Assembly: GCA_963817535.1 (NCBI GenBank) | Contig: CAWFOW010000008.1 | Coordinates: forward strand, 94,694 to 158,693 | Reading direction: 5' to 3' | DNA from: an uncultured Alphaproteobacteria bacterium | GTDB taxonomy: Bacteria > Pseudomonadota > Alphaproteobacteria > MPNO01 > DASWLB01 | DNA length: 64,000 nucleotides | Part shown: positions 19,416-28,919 of the stretch, in pieces | Layout: each line of letters opens with the position of its first letter | Numbering within the stretch: the stretch's first letter is position 1 | Notes under the pieces: model-generated | Told to the model about the DNA's origin: nothing | Seen by the model: only the letters and a program-made list of their open reading frames with translations | Databases searched by the model: none | Made by a program: the position numbers and the translations under genes

Positions 19416-20783
19416 CTAGCTGGCCGCGGCGATGGGCGGGGCGTCGAACCGGGCGCCCTGTAGCTTCGCGCCGGCGAGCCGCGCCTCATGCACATTGGTG
19501 CCGCGGAAATCGACGTCGCGCAAATCGGCCCCGGTGAAATCCGTGCCGGCCAGCCGCGCGCCGGCGAACCTGGCGCCGCGCAGGTTGGCGCCGGCGAGCC
19601 GGGCGCCGGCCAGATTCGCGGTCCAGCACCGGCGGTCGGGGCCGATCGATTCCACCGGCCCGAAATCGCACCCGGCGAGGTTCGCACCGTTCATCACCGC
19701 GCGTTCGAGATTGGCTCCGCGCAGGTCGGCCTCGTGCAGATCGACGCCGCGCAGGTCGGCGAGCGACAGATCGGCCATCGCCAGACGCGCGCTGCCCATC
19801 CGTGCGCGCGACAGCACGGTGCGCGACAGCACGGCCGCCGCCAGGTTCGCGCCGGTCAGGTCGCGGTCGGCAAGATCGAAATCGCTGAGGTCGGCGCGCT
19901 TTCCGTCGCGGCTGGAACTGTCGACCCACCTGGCGTGTGCGGCGAGGATCTCGGGCAGGTCGATCGTCGGCGCTTCGTTCGCGCCGTCGCCCGGCATCAC
20001 CGCCACGGCCTTTTGTTCGGCAGTCAGGGCATCGCGATCCATCAGCGCACCGCGCAGGTCGGCGTCCTTCAGCATTGCGCCGGTCAGGACCGCGCCCGAG
20101 AGATCCGCACCTTGGAAATCCGTGCCGCCCAGATTGGCGTTCTCCAGGTTGCAGCCTTCCATGTTGGCGCCGCGGAAGATCGACCCGCGCATGTCGGCGC
20201 GGCGGAACTGGGTCTTCTTCAGCACGGCGTCCGTGAAATCGGTCTTGAGCAGATACGCGCCGTCGATCCTGGCGTTCGACAGGTCGGCGCGATGGGCGAC
20301 GATGCAGCTCAACTCGGACTGCGCGCGTTCGTAGGAGACGTTCTGCGTGTTACCGGCGCCCGAATAGCGGGCCAGCGTGCCCTCCCGCAGGTCGGCCTCG
20401 ACAAGGAGGGCTTCGCAAAGATCGGCGCCGCGCAGGCATGCGCCGCGCAGGTCCGCCCGGGTCAAGTCCGCGCCCTGCATGTTCGCGGTGCGAAGGTCGG
20501 TGCCGAACAGGCTGGCCGAGCGCATGTTGGCGGCGCGGAGCCTCGCGCGGTAGAGCCGCGCGCCGGTGAATTCCGCCTCGGTCAGGTCGCGGCCACTCAT
20601 CTCCGCCGCGGTCAGGTCGCGGAACGACAGGTTGGCGCGCCGGCCGCCGGGGACGCGGGCAACGTAGTCTTCGTGCCGACGCAGAATCTCGACGAGCTCC
20701 GCCTGCGTGAGCGGCTTCAGCCCGTCGGGCGCATCGTCCGACCTGCCATCCGCCATAGGATTCCTCACCGCCTGAAACGCCAT
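19416..20783 (-). CDS. pentapeptide-repeat protein (455 aa)
   Basis: Long run of A(D/N)LxG-type pentapeptides (ANLSFRDLTAAEMSGRDLTEAEFTGARL...ADLRGACLRGADL...). The opposite-strand ORF 19488-20819 is its repeat-mirroring antisense frame. Confidence 0.8.
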   Translation of the reverse strand: MAFQAVRNPMADGRSDDAPDGLKPLTQAELVEILRRHEDYVARVPGGRRANLSFRDLTAAEMSGRDLTEAEFTGARLYRARLRAANMRSASLFGTDLRTANMQGADLTRADLRGACLRGADLCEALLVEADLREGTLARYSGAGNTQNVSYERAQSELSCIVAHRADLSNARIDGAYLLKTDFTDAVLKKTQFRRADMRGSIFRGANMEGCNLENANLGGTDFQGADLSGAVLTGAMLKDADLRGALMDRDALTAEQKAVAVMPGDGANEAPTIDLPEILAAHARWVDSSSRDGKRADLSDFDLADRDLTGANLAAAVLSRTVLSRARMGSARLAMADLSLADLRGVDLHEADLRGANLERAVMNGANLAGCDFGPVESIGPDRRCWTANLAGARLAGANLRGARFAGARLAGTDFTGADLRDVDFRGTNVHEARLAGAKLQGARFDAPPIAAAS

Positions 20784-20960
20784 TGTCTCAACTTGGCCAA
20801 AACTGCGGGGATTTCGTAAAGACTTTGTGAATTTTCTCCCCGTTCCGGGCTGGCTTCGGATGCTCGATCCGGCCCGCTCCTATTTCACCTCTTGATTGCG
20901 GGGTGGAAGGGTCTTAAGACTCTAAAACACGCGTGAAATATATTATTACACGAAAATATT
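20784..20960. promoter_or_regulatory. AT-rich divergent promoter region upstream of cysI (and of the pentapeptide gene)
   Basis: GC drops sharply (AAATATATTATTACACGAAAATATTTTGTCATTTAGG) in an otherwise 67% GC sequence. It sits directly 5' of the sulfate-assimilation operon. Confidence 0.4.
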
Positions 20961-22661
20961 TTGTCATTTAGGGCCGAAACGGGGCAGCCGATGTACGTGT
21001 ACGACCAGTACGACCACGCGCTCGTCAATGAGCGGGTCTCGCAGTTCCGCGACCAGGTCCGTCGCCGTTTGGCGGGTGAGCTGACCGAGGAGGAGTTCCG
21101 CCCCCTCCGGTTGATGAATGGCGTCTACCTGCAACTGCACGCCTACATGATCCGCATCGCCGTGCCCTACGGGCTGCTGTCGTCACGCCAGATGCGGGCG
21201 CTCGCCCATATCGCGCGGAGCTGGGACCGGGGCTATGGCCATTTCACCACGCGCCAGAACATCCAGTTCAACTGGCCGAAGCTCGCCGACATTCCCGACA
21301 TCCTCGACGCGCTCGCCAAGGTGGAGATGCATGCCATCCAGACCAGCGGCAATTGCATCCGCAACGTCACCTCTGACGAGTTCGCGGGCGTCGCCGCCGA
21401 TGAGCTGGAGGACCCGCGGCCTTACTGCGAGATGATCCGTCAGTGGTCGACCTTCCACCCGGAGTTCTCGTACCTGCCGCGCAAGTTCAAGATCGCCGTG
21501 ACGGGCGCCGCCCGCGACCGTGCCGCCGTCGCCTTCCACGATATCGGCATCCGCATCGTCGAGAACGACAAGGGCGAGCGCGGCTTCGAGATCCAGGCCG
21601 GGGGCGGGCAGGGCCGCACGCCCGTGGTCGCCATCGTGGTGCGCGACTTCCTGCCGAAGGGCGAGCTGTTCCGCTATCTCGAAGCGATCATGCGCGTCTA
21701 CAACCTGCTCGGCCGGCGCGACAATCTGTTCAAGGCGCGGATCAAGATCCTGGTCGCCGAGACCGGCGCCGACAAGTTCCGCGATCTGGTCGAGCGGGAA
21801 TATCGCGACATCGTCGCGGGCGACGCGGATAGCGCGCTGCTGCTCGACGAGGCCGAGCAGGCGCGCGTCGCGGCGTTCTTCGCCCCGCACGCCTATCGCA
21901 CATTGCCCACCGTCGATCCCGCCTTCGACGCTGCGAAGCGTGCCGACCGCGCACTCGCGAACTGGGTGCGCACCAACGTGGTCGCACACAAGGTGCCGGG
22001 CTACGCCGCCGCGGTGATCTCGCTCAAGCCGCACAAGGGCATCGCCGGCGACTGCACGGCGGCGCAGATGGACGCGATCGCCGACATCGCCGACGAGATG
22101 AGCTTCGGCGAGATCGTGGTGACGCACGAGCAGAACCTGGTGCTGCCGCATGTCGAGCAGGGCCGCCTGGCCGAGCTGTTCGCGCGGCTGGGCGCGCTCG
22201 GCCTCGCGACGCCGAACATGGGGCTGCTCACCAACATGATCGTCTGCCCCGGGCTCGATTATTGCGGCCTCGCCAACGCGCGCTCGATCCCGATCTCGCA
22301 GCGCATCGCCGAGCGGTTCGACGACCTCGACCGGCTGCACGAGATCGGCCCGCTCGACCTCAACATCTCGGGCTGCATCAACGCGTGCGGCCACCACCAT
22401 GCCGGCCATATCGGCATCCTCGGCGTGAACCGTCACGGCAAGGAGTATTACCAGGTGAGCCTGGGCGGCAATCAGGCGAACGACGCCTCGATCGGCGACA
22501 TCCTGGGCCCGGCCTTCGACGAGCACGCGATCGTCGACGCGGTCGAGCGGATCGTCGAGCTCTATCTCGACTGCCGCACCGCCGGCGAACGGTTCATCGA
22601 CACCTACCGGCGCATCGGCAAGGAGCCGTTCAAGGAGCACGTCTATGAAAAGGCTCATTAA
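20961..22661 (+). CDS. cysI: sulfite reductase haemoprotein (nitrite/sulfite reductase family; sirohaem and 4Fe-4S)
   Basis: 566 aa with two NIR_SIR ferredoxin-like half-domains (TTRQNIQFNW...; ...NISGCINACGHHHAGHIGILG with a Cys cluster). The start may be the internal MYVYDQ at 20991. Confidence 0.8.
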   Translation: MSFRAETGQPMYVYDQYDHALVNERVSQFRDQVRRRLAGELTEEEFRPLRLMNGVYLQLHAYMIRIAVPYGLLSSRQMRALAHIARSWDRGYGHFTTRQNIQFNWPKLADIPDILDALAKVEMHAIQTSGNCIRNVTSDEFAGVAADELEDPRPYCEMIRQWSTFHPEFSYLPRKFKIAVTGAARDRAAVAFHDIGIRIVENDKGERGFEIQAGGGQGRTPVVAIVVRDFLPKGELFRYLEAIMRVYNLLGRRDNLFKARIKILVAETGADKFRDLVEREYRDIVAGDADSALLLDEAEQARVAAFFAPHAYRTLPTVDPAFDAAKRADRALANWVRTNVVAHKVPGYAAAVISLKPHKGIAGDCTAAQMDAIADIADEMSFGEIVVTHEQNLVLPHVEQGRLAELFARLGALGLATPNMGLLTNMIVCPGLDYCGLANARSIPISQRIAERFDDLDRLHEIGPLDLNISGCINACGHHHAGHIGILGVNRHGKEYYQVSLGGNQANDASIGDILGPAFDEHAIVDAVERIVELYLDCRTAGERFIDTYRRIGKEPFKEHVYEKAH

Positions 22662-23166
22662 GGACGGCGCCATCGTCGAGGATCGCTGGACGCATCTCGA
22701 CGACGCCGTGCCCGTGCCGGCCGAGGGCGACGTGATCGTCTCGCTCGCCCGCTGGATGCGCGACCGCGCAACGCTTGCCGGGCGCAACGGCGGCATCGGC
22801 GTGCGTCTTGGCGGCGCGGATTCGCCTTCCGTCCTCAAGGACGACCTCGCCCGTCTCGGCGTGATCGCGCTCGCCTTCGACACGTTCAAGGACGGGCGCG
22901 CCTTCTCGCACGCGCGGCTGCTGCGCGAGCGCTACCGCTACACGGGCGAGCTGCGCGCCGTGGGCGACGTGCTGCGCGACCAGCTTTTCTTCATGCGCCG
23001 CTGCGGCATCGATGCGTTCGAGCTGCGCGCCGACCGCTCGGCCGAGGACGCGCTCGCCGCCTTCCGCGAGCTCAGCGTCGCCTACCAGGGCGCGACCGAT
23101 GACCGCCGGCCGCTCTCGCGCCGTGCTCATCGCCCGGCGGCACAGTCCGCGGCGCAACCGGACTGA
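22645..23166 (+). CDS. DUF934 protein (sulfite-reductase-associated)
   Basis: 173 aa. MKRLIKDGAIVEDRWTHLDD...LARLGVIALAFDTFKDGRAFSHARLLRERYRYTGELRAVGDVLRDQLFFMRRCGIDAFEL is the typical DUF934 pattern. Overlaps the cysI stop by 17 nt. Confidence 0.7.
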   Translation: MKRLIKDGAIVEDRWTHLDDAVPVPAEGDVIVSLARWMRDRATLAGRNGGIGVRLGGADSPSVLKDDLARLGVIALAFDTFKDGRAFSHARLLRERYRYTGELRAVGDVLRDQLFFMRRCGIDAFELRADRSAEDALAAFRELSVAYQGATDDRRPLSRRAHRPAAQSAAQPD

Positions 23167-23169
23167 TCG

Positions 23170-23787
23170 GTGGAACCTTTGCGCATGACCCGCAACGGCA
23201 TCGTTTCGAACCCCGCCGCCGCGTTCAGCCAGTCCGGCGCGGGCGATGATGGCGGCTCCGACATGGCCGACGAAGGCGCCGCGCTGGGCCAGGACCTGCA
23301 GACGCTGGAGGCGCGCTTTCCCGGTGGACGCATGAGCCCGGAACAGTATCTCGCGCTTGACGGGCTGGCCGACGCGCACGCCACCGACGCGCTGACCCTG
23401 TCGGCCGATCTCGGCATTGCGGTGCGGTGTGTCGGCGGTGAAGGGCTCAACGCCCGCCTCGCCGCGCTCGAGGCGGGTTGGTCGGAGAGTCGCGCGCCCG
23501 CTCCCACGGTCGTCGAGGCGCCCGGCCTCAGCCCGCAGGGCGACGGGTACTGGTCGATCTTCGTCGCCGTGCCGGAGGGCCGCGTCGCCGACGTGGCGGG
23601 CCGCAAGCTGCGCACGGCGCTGCGCGAGGTGATCGGGCGCTGGCGTCCGATCCCGACGATCACCCGCAGCCGCAACATCGTTCTCGCCAGCATCGACCCC
23701 GAGATGGTGCTCGACGTCGAGGCGGAACTGCGGGGCTACGGCGTCGACATCGACCGCAACGCCGCCGACATCCTGCCCCAGTCTTGA
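23170..23787 (+). CDS. hypothetical protein inside the cys cluster (faint resemblance to a sulfite-reductase ferredoxin-like half-domain)
   Basis: 205 aa with high GC3 and coding-like composition. C-terminal TITRSRNIVLASIDPEMVLDVEAEL echoes the cysI TTRQNIQFNWPKLADIPDILDALAKVEM segment. Start uncertain (alternatives MTRNG, MADEGA). Confidence 0.4.
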   Translation: MEPLRMTRNGIVSNPAAAFSQSGAGDDGGSDMADEGAALGQDLQTLEARFPGGRMSPEQYLALDGLADAHATDALTLSADLGIAVRCVGGEGLNARLAALEAGWSESRAPAPTVVEAPGLSPQGDGYWSIFVAVPEGRVADVAGRKLRTALREVIGRWRPIPTITRSRNIVLASIDPEMVLDVEAELRGYGVDIDRNAADILPQS

Positions 23788-23807
23788 ACGGTAGACATCG
23801 CGTTCCC

Positions 23808-25238
23808 ATGCAGCATTTCCCGATCTTCCTCGACCTCGCCGGGCGCCCCGCGCTGGTCGTCGGCGGTGGTCCGGTCGCCGACCGCAAGGTCGCGCTTCTG
23901 CTGAGCGCGGGCGCGCGGGTGACGGTCGTCGCGCCCACGCTCGGCGCCGCGCTTGCCCGGCGGGCCGCCGCCGGCCGCATCGTCCATGTCGCCGCGCCGT
24001 TCGCCTCCCGGCACCTCGAGGGCCAGATGCTGGTCATCGCCGCGACCGACCGGCGGGCGGTGAACGCCGCCGTCTCGCGCGCGGCGCAGGCGGCCCGCCT
24101 GCCGGTCAACGTGGTCGACGACGCGCGGCTTTCGAGCTTCATCATGCCGGCCATCGTCGACCGCGATCCGGTGACGGTGGCGGTCTCCAGCGGGGGGGCC
24201 GCGCCGGTTCTCGCGCGCCTCGTCCGCGCGCGCATCGAGGCGGCGCTGCCCGCCGCGACCGGCCGCCTCGCCGAGCTGGCTGCGCGGCTGCGTCCCGTCG
24301 TGCGTCGCCGCCTGCCGGCCGCCGCCCGGCGTGGCTTCTGGGAAGCTTTGTTCGAAGGCCGCATCGCCGCCCTGGTACTCGCCGGCCGCGAGACCGAAGC
24401 CGAGGCGTTGGCGAGCCGTGCCATCGACGCCGCAGCAACCACCCCGTTGCGAGGCGAGGTGGTGCTGGTGGGGGCCGGTCCCGGCGATCCCGACCTGCTG
24501 ACGCTCGGCGCGCTGCGCGCGCTGCAATCGGCCGACGTGATCGCCCACGACCGGCTGGTGGCGCCCGGCATCCTCGATCTCGCGCGGCGCGACGCCGAGC
24601 GGATCGATGTCGGCAAGCGCTGCGGCGACGGCGGGACGAGCCAGGACCGCATCAACGACCTGCTGGTCGCGCTGGCGCGCGCGGGCAAGCGCGTCGTGCG
24701 GCTGAAGGGCGGCGACCCGTTCGTGTTCGGCCGCGGCGGCGAGGAGATGGAGGTTCTGGTCGCGGCCGGCATCCCGGTCCGCGTCATCCCGGGCGTGACC
24801 GCCGCGACCGGCGTCACCGCGCTCGCCGGCATTCCGCTGACCCACCGCGATCACGCCCACGCGGTAACCTTCGTGTCGGGCCACCGGCGCAAGGGCGCGC
24901 CCGCGCCTGACTGGGCGTCGCTCGCCCAGCCCGGCCATACGCTCGTCGTCTATATGGGCGTCGCGACCCTTCCCGAGACCGCGGCCGCGCTGGTCACGGG
25001 CGGGCTCAATCGCGCGACCCCGGCTGCCGCCATCGAGAACGGCGCGCGCCCCGACCAGCGGGTGATTGTGGGTACGCTGGCCACGTTGCCGGCGCGCGTC
25101 GCCGCGGCCGGCCTCACCGGACCGGCCCTGGTGGTGATCGGCGCGGTCGTCGCGCTGCGCGACGTGCTCGTCCCGGAAGCCGTCCCGTCCGCTGCCGCCG
25201 AGGAGTCCGATGAGCGCCGTACCGTCGCCGCGGCCTGA
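23808..25238 (+). CDS. cysG: sirohaem synthase (precorrin-2 dehydrogenase / ferrochelatase N-domain plus uroporphyrinogen-III C-methyltransferase C-domain)
   Basis: Start MQHFPIFLDLAGRPALVVGGGPVADRK (NAD-binding CysG N-terminus). C-terminal half GEVVLVGAGPGDPDLLTLGA...VRLKGGDPFVFGRGGEE is SUMT-like. Confidence 0.85.
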   Translation: MQHFPIFLDLAGRPALVVGGGPVADRKVALLLSAGARVTVVAPTLGAALARRAAAGRIVHVAAPFASRHLEGQMLVIAATDRRAVNAAVSRAAQAARLPVNVVDDARLSSFIMPAIVDRDPVTVAVSSGGAAPVLARLVRARIEAALPAATGRLAELAARLRPVVRRRLPAAARRGFWEALFEGRIAALVLAGRETEAEALASRAIDAAATTPLRGEVVLVGAGPGDPDLLTLGALRALQSADVIAHDRLVAPGILDLARRDAERIDVGKRCGDGGTSQDRINDLLVALARAGKRVVRLKGGDPFVFGRGGEEMEVLVAAGIPVRVIPGVTAATGVTALAGIPLTHRDHAHAVTFVSGHRRKGAPAPDWASLAQPGHTLVVYMGVATLPETAAALVTGGLNRATPAAAIENGARPDQRVIVGTLATLPARVAAAGLTGPALVVIGAVVALRDVLVPEAVPSAAAEESDERRTVAAA

Positions 25239-26004
25239 GCCGGCCGAAGAGGCGGCCGACCCGGAACAGGTCGCCGCCCGCGCCGCGTGGGCGCGCGAGC
25301 GTGCGGCCGGGCTCGTGGCCCGCTACGAAGGTGTGTCCGGCCTCGAGTTGGTGCGTGCGATGGTCGAGACCGAGTTCCCCGGCCGCATCGCCGTCACCTC
25401 CTCGTTCGGGGCCGAGGCGGCGGTCATGCTGGACCTGGTCGCGCAGGTGGACCCTGGGACGCCGGTGATCTTCCTCGATACCCGCAAGCTGTTCGGCGAG
25501 ACGCTGCGCTATCGCGGCCAGCTCCGGAACCTGCTGGGGCTGACCGACCTGCGCGTCGTCGGCCCGACCGAGGCGGAGGAGACCCGATACGACCCGGACG
25601 GGGTGCTGTGGCGGGCCGACCCCGATTCCTGCTGCCATTTCCGCAAGGTGGTGCCTTTGGCAAGGTCGCTGGCCGGGTTCGACGCGTGGTTCACCGGCCG
25701 CAAGCGGTTCCACGGGGGCGGCCGGACGGCCCTGCCCACCATCGAGGCGGATGGCCCGCACGTTAAAATTAACCCGCTTGCAACCTGGTCGCGCGAAGAT
25801 ATAGTCGCGCACTTCGCCGCAAAGGGCTTGCCGGCACATCCGCTGATTGCCGATGGATATACGTCGATCGGCTGCATGCCCTGCACCGACCGGCCGCGCC
25901 CCGGGGCGGGGCTGCGCGACGGGCGATGGGCCGGACAGGACAAGACCGAGTGCGGTATCCATACGGGGCCGCTGGATTGGCCCGGGAGTGAGAACCTGCC
26001 ATGA
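25210..26004 (+). CDS. cysH: phosphoadenosine phosphosulfate (PAPS/APS) reductase
   Basis: [17 protein letters not shown] (PP-loop region) ... SIGCMPCT C-terminal Cys motif. Confidence 0.8.
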   Translation: MSAVPSPRPEPAEEAADPEQVAARAAWARERAAGLVARYEGVSGLELVRAMVETEFPGRIAVTSSFGAEAAVMLDLVAQVDPGTPVIFLDTRKLFGETLRYRGQLRNLLGLTDLRVVGPTEAEETRYDPDGVLWRADPDSCCHFRKVVPLARSLAGFDAWFTGRKRFHGGGRTALPTIEADGPHVKINPLATWSREDIVAHFAAKGLPAHPLIADGYTSIGCMPCTDRPRPGAGLRDGRWAGQDKTECGIHTGPLDWPGSENLP

Positions 26005-26828
26005 GTGATACCGCGAGTTCCGCCACGCTCGACCGTCTCGACGCGCTCGAGAGCCAGAGCATCTACATCCTGCGCGAAGCCTTCCACGGCTTCGAGAAGA
26101 CCGCGATGCTGTGGTCGATCGGCAAGGATTCGAACGTGATGATGTGGCTGACGCGCAAGGCGTTCTTCGGCCACGTGCCGTTCCCGGTGATCCACATCGA
26201 CACCTCCTACAAGCTGCCCGAGATGATCGCGTTCCGCGACCGCATGGCCAAGGAATGGGGCATCGAGCTGATCGTCGGGCAGAACAAGGCGGCGCTGGAC
26301 GCCGGCATGAACCACACCAAGGGCCGCGTCGTGTGCTGCGGCGCGCTGAAGACCCAGCCGCTGCGCGAGACCGTGGCGGCGCACGGCTTCCATGGCATCC
26401 TTCTCGGCATCCGCCGCGACGAGGAGGGCACCCGCGCGAAGGAGCGCGTGTTCTCGCCGCGCGGCGAGGACGCCAACTGGGACTTCCGGAACCAGCCGCC
26501 CGAGTTCTGGGACCAGTACAAGACCGACTTCCCGGCGGGCACGCATGTGCGCATCCACCCGCTGCTGCACTGGACCGAGATCGACGTGTGGCGCTACATC
26601 CAGCGCGAGAACATTCCGGTCGTCGATCTTTATTTCGCCAGGGACGGCAAGCGCTACCGCTCGCTCGGCTGCGCGCCCTGCACCGGGACGGTCGACTCCA
26701 ACGCCGCGACGGTGGAAGAGATCATCACCGAGCTCGAGACGACGCGTATCTCCGAGCGCTCGGGCCGCGCCCAGGACAAGGAGTCCGAGGACGCGTTCGA
26801 GCGGCTGCGCACCGCCGGCTACATGTAG
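26001..26828 (+). CDS. cysD: sulfate adenylyltransferase subunit 2
   Basis: 275 aa. [14 protein letters not shown]-loop; strongly CysD-like throughout; ends ...ERLRTAGYM. No cysN follows. Confidence 0.85.
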   Translation: MSDTASSATLDRLDALESQSIYILREAFHGFEKTAMLWSIGKDSNVMMWLTRKAFFGHVPFPVIHIDTSYKLPEMIAFRDRMAKEWGIELIVGQNKAALDAGMNHTKGRVVCCGALKTQPLRETVAAHGFHGILLGIRRDEEGTRAKERVFSPRGEDANWDFRNQPPEFWDQYKTDFPAGTHVRIHPLLHWTEIDVWRYIQRENIPVVDLYFARDGKRYRSLGCAPCTGTVDSNAATVEEIITELETTRISERSGRAQDKESEDAFERLRTAGYM

Positions 26829-26846
26829 CCAGGCGGCCCGGCGGGA

Positions 26847-27248
26847 CTATTCCGCCGCGCCCTGGTAGCTCGTCAGGTCGATATATTCCAGCAGCGTTCC
26901 GTCGGGATCGCGGAAATAGGCGCGCGGGCCGTTGACCACGCCGCCCTGGCGGTCCTCCTCGAACTCCACCTTGACGCCGTTGGCGCGCAGATGGTCGAGC
27001 GCGGACTTGTATTGCGCCCCGTCGATGACGAAGGCGTGGTGCACGCCGTTATGGTCGTCGCGCGTCGGGTTGATCGGCCCCGACCGCTCGACCAGGATCA
27101 CGCAGGTTCCGCCCGCATCGAGGAAGGCGAGCCCGCCCGGGATGGTACGGAGATGCTCCATCCCGACGATGTCGGTGTAGAACTTCGTCGCGGCCGCAAG
27201 GTCGCTCACCGGAATGCTGAAATGTGCGCAGCCCTTGATCTCGGGCAT
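26847..27248 (-). CDS. VOC-family (glyoxalase/bleomycin-resistance/dioxygenase fold) protein
   Basis: 133 aa. MPEIKGCAHFSIPVSDLAAATKFYTDIVGM...HHAFVIDG. Confidence 0.65.
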   Translation of the reverse strand: MPEIKGCAHFSIPVSDLAAATKFYTDIVGMEHLRTIPGGLAFLDAGGTCVILVERSGPINPTRDDHNGVHHAFVIDGAQYKSALDHLRANGVKVEFEEDRQGGVVNGPRAYFRDPDGTLLEYIDLTSYQGAAE

Positions 27249-27259
27249 GTCGGTCCTCC

Positions 27260-27973
27260 CTATTCGCGGTCGCCCGCTTCGGCGATGCCGTCGAGATAGC
27301 GCTCCCAAACCTGCAGGTTGATGCGGCAGGCCTCGACCACGGCGTCTTCCATGGCGAGCCGCGCCGCATGCTCGCCCACCGTGTTCCAGCCGAGGTCGGA
27401 ATGGGCGATGTCGGCCGTGGTGTGGAGCGCGAAGAAGTCGAGCGCCGCGTCGTCGAGCCCGAACAGCGCGCGCCAGCGGTCGCGTTCCATGCCGAACCAG
27501 CCCTGTTCGCGCACCGCGCCCGCGCCATAGCCCGGCACGTTCACCCGTTCGGCGCAGGTGTTGGCAATCAGCCCTTCGAGCCAGTGGCGGCTCGACATCA
27601 GCCCGTCCCAGGCGAGCCAGCACATGCGGGTGGCGGGCGTGGGCTCGGCCGCGCGGATCTCGTCCAGCTTCATGCCGATCGCGACGCCCAGCTCCTCGAG
27701 GATCGCCCAGTGCGGCTTGCCGTGGCCGTGCTCTTCGTCGGCGATCACCTCCTCGGCGCAGGCGCGGATGATGCGCATGCGGATGTCCCAGTCGGGACAG
27801 TTGGTCGCGACGCGCAGCTTGAGGACCGAGTTGCGCTGGCGGGTGTTCAGCCGGTGCTGGCGCACGAAAGTTCGCGCGCGGCCTTCGGTCATCGGCTCGC
27901 GGAAGAAACGCGCGCGGCGTGCGAATTCGTCCACCTCTGCGTCCAGCCGCCGGATCACGTCGCGCGCCGCCAT
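27260..27973 (-). CDS. TenA/PqqC-like (haem-oxygenase-like fold) iron-containing redox enzyme family protein
   Basis: 237 aa, helical. HGHGKPHWAIL...LAWDG...FFALHTTADIAHSD pattern resembles the TenA_C/PqqC family. Assignment is tentative. Confidence 0.45.
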   Translation of the reverse strand: MAARDVIRRLDAEVDEFARRARFFREPMTEGRARTFVRQHRLNTRQRNSVLKLRVATNCPDWDIRMRIIRACAEEVIADEEHGHGKPHWAILEELGVAIGMKLDEIRAAEPTPATRMCWLAWDGLMSSRHWLEGLIANTCAERVNVPGYGAGAVREQGWFGMERDRWRALFGLDDAALDFFALHTTADIAHSDLGWNTVGEHAARLAMEDAVVEACRINLQVWERYLDGIAEAGDRE

Positions 27974-28062
27974 GGGCCCTCCCGTGCGGCGATGATGCCA
28001 CCGTGGCGCCTGACACGAAAGGGCGGCGCGGCTATAGTCGTTGCCTCATCGGAGGGATCGCC

Positions 28063-28584
28063 ATGTCCACCTACACCACCATCGCGGCCGACGCGCCGTC
28101 CGGCACCGACCACTCGATCCGCGACCGCCAGATCGAGCTCGCCAGGATCAAGACGCCGTCGCTGTTCAAGCTTAAGGCCCAGCTCCTCGACCAGGGGCGT
28201 ACCGACACGGTGCTGGCCGCGACCGACGCGCTGACCGTCCGGCTCAAGGTCTACGCCGAGGGCGGCGAGAACGAGCTGCATGCCCATCCGCACGAAGACC
28301 ATTTTTTCGTGGTGCTACAGGGCGAGGCCGAGTTCCACGGCCCCGACGACGAGACGGTCGTGGTTGGTCCGAACGAGGGCATCATGCTGCCCAAGGGCAA
28401 CCTCTACTGGTTCATCGCCCATGGCGGGGAGCCGCTGGTCATGCTGCGGGTGGGCTCGCCCAACTCGAACCTGCAGGGCACGCCCGACCGGATCAACGCC
28501 AAGGGCGAAGCGATGGCCGGCAATTCCAAGGAAAACAAGACGGTTCCGGTCAAGTTCCGGCCGGGCGCCTGGTTCGGCGCGTAG
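28063..28584 (+). CDS. cupin-domain protein
   Basis: Cupin motifs ENELHAHPHEDHFFVVLQGEAEF...GNLYWFIAHGGEP. ATG at 28063 with GGAGGG RBS. Confidence 0.6.
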   Translation: MSTYTTIAADAPSGTDHSIRDRQIELARIKTPSLFKLKAQLLDQGRTDTVLAATDALTVRLKVYAEGGENELHAHPHEDHFFVVLQGEAEFHGPDDETVVVGPNEGIMLPKGNLYWFIAHGGEPLVMLRVGSPNSNLQGTPDRINAKGEAMAGNSKENKTVPVKFRPGAWFGA

Positions 28585-28727
28585 GGCACAGATTGAACTG
28601 ACGAGTTTTACCGATTGTTTCCGCTAAATCGGCGGAAATGCGTAGGGGCCCCGATGGGGTTTTGCATATGTTCCCGTGCCGAGGGATATATTGATCTCGT
28701 TATGAGAACAAACGAGCGAGCGCAATA

Positions 28728-28919
28728 TCAGCGGGGCGCCGGCTTGGTTGCAGCGTGGTCGACGGGCGGGGGCGGCATCGCGGCCAGGTCCGTCACCCGG
28801 ACCGAGTAGGCATACACCGTGGCGCCCACCCCCACCGCAATGGTTGCCGCGACCGCGATCGCAATCAGCACGATCTCGATCGAACGACGGGAGGTACGCG
28901 CGCGGTTGATGGCCGACAT
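28728..28919 (-). CDS. hypothetical small membrane protein (single TM)
   Basis: MSAINRARTSRRSIEIVLIAIAVAATIAVGVGATVYAY... in the lower-GC islet. Weak translation signals; it could be spurious. Confidence 0.2.
   Translation of the reverse strand: MSAINRARTSRRSIEIVLIAIAVAATIAVGVGATVYAYSVRVTDLAAMPPPPVDHAATKPAPR

Noticed and set aside
19488-20819. 443-aa plus-strand ORF with repeat-like translation opposite the pentapeptide-repeat gene
   Set aside because: The antisense of a pentapeptide repeat is itself repetitive. Only the minus-strand product shows the canonical A(D/N)LxG periodicity. The plus-strand ORF would also read through the AT-rich promoter island.
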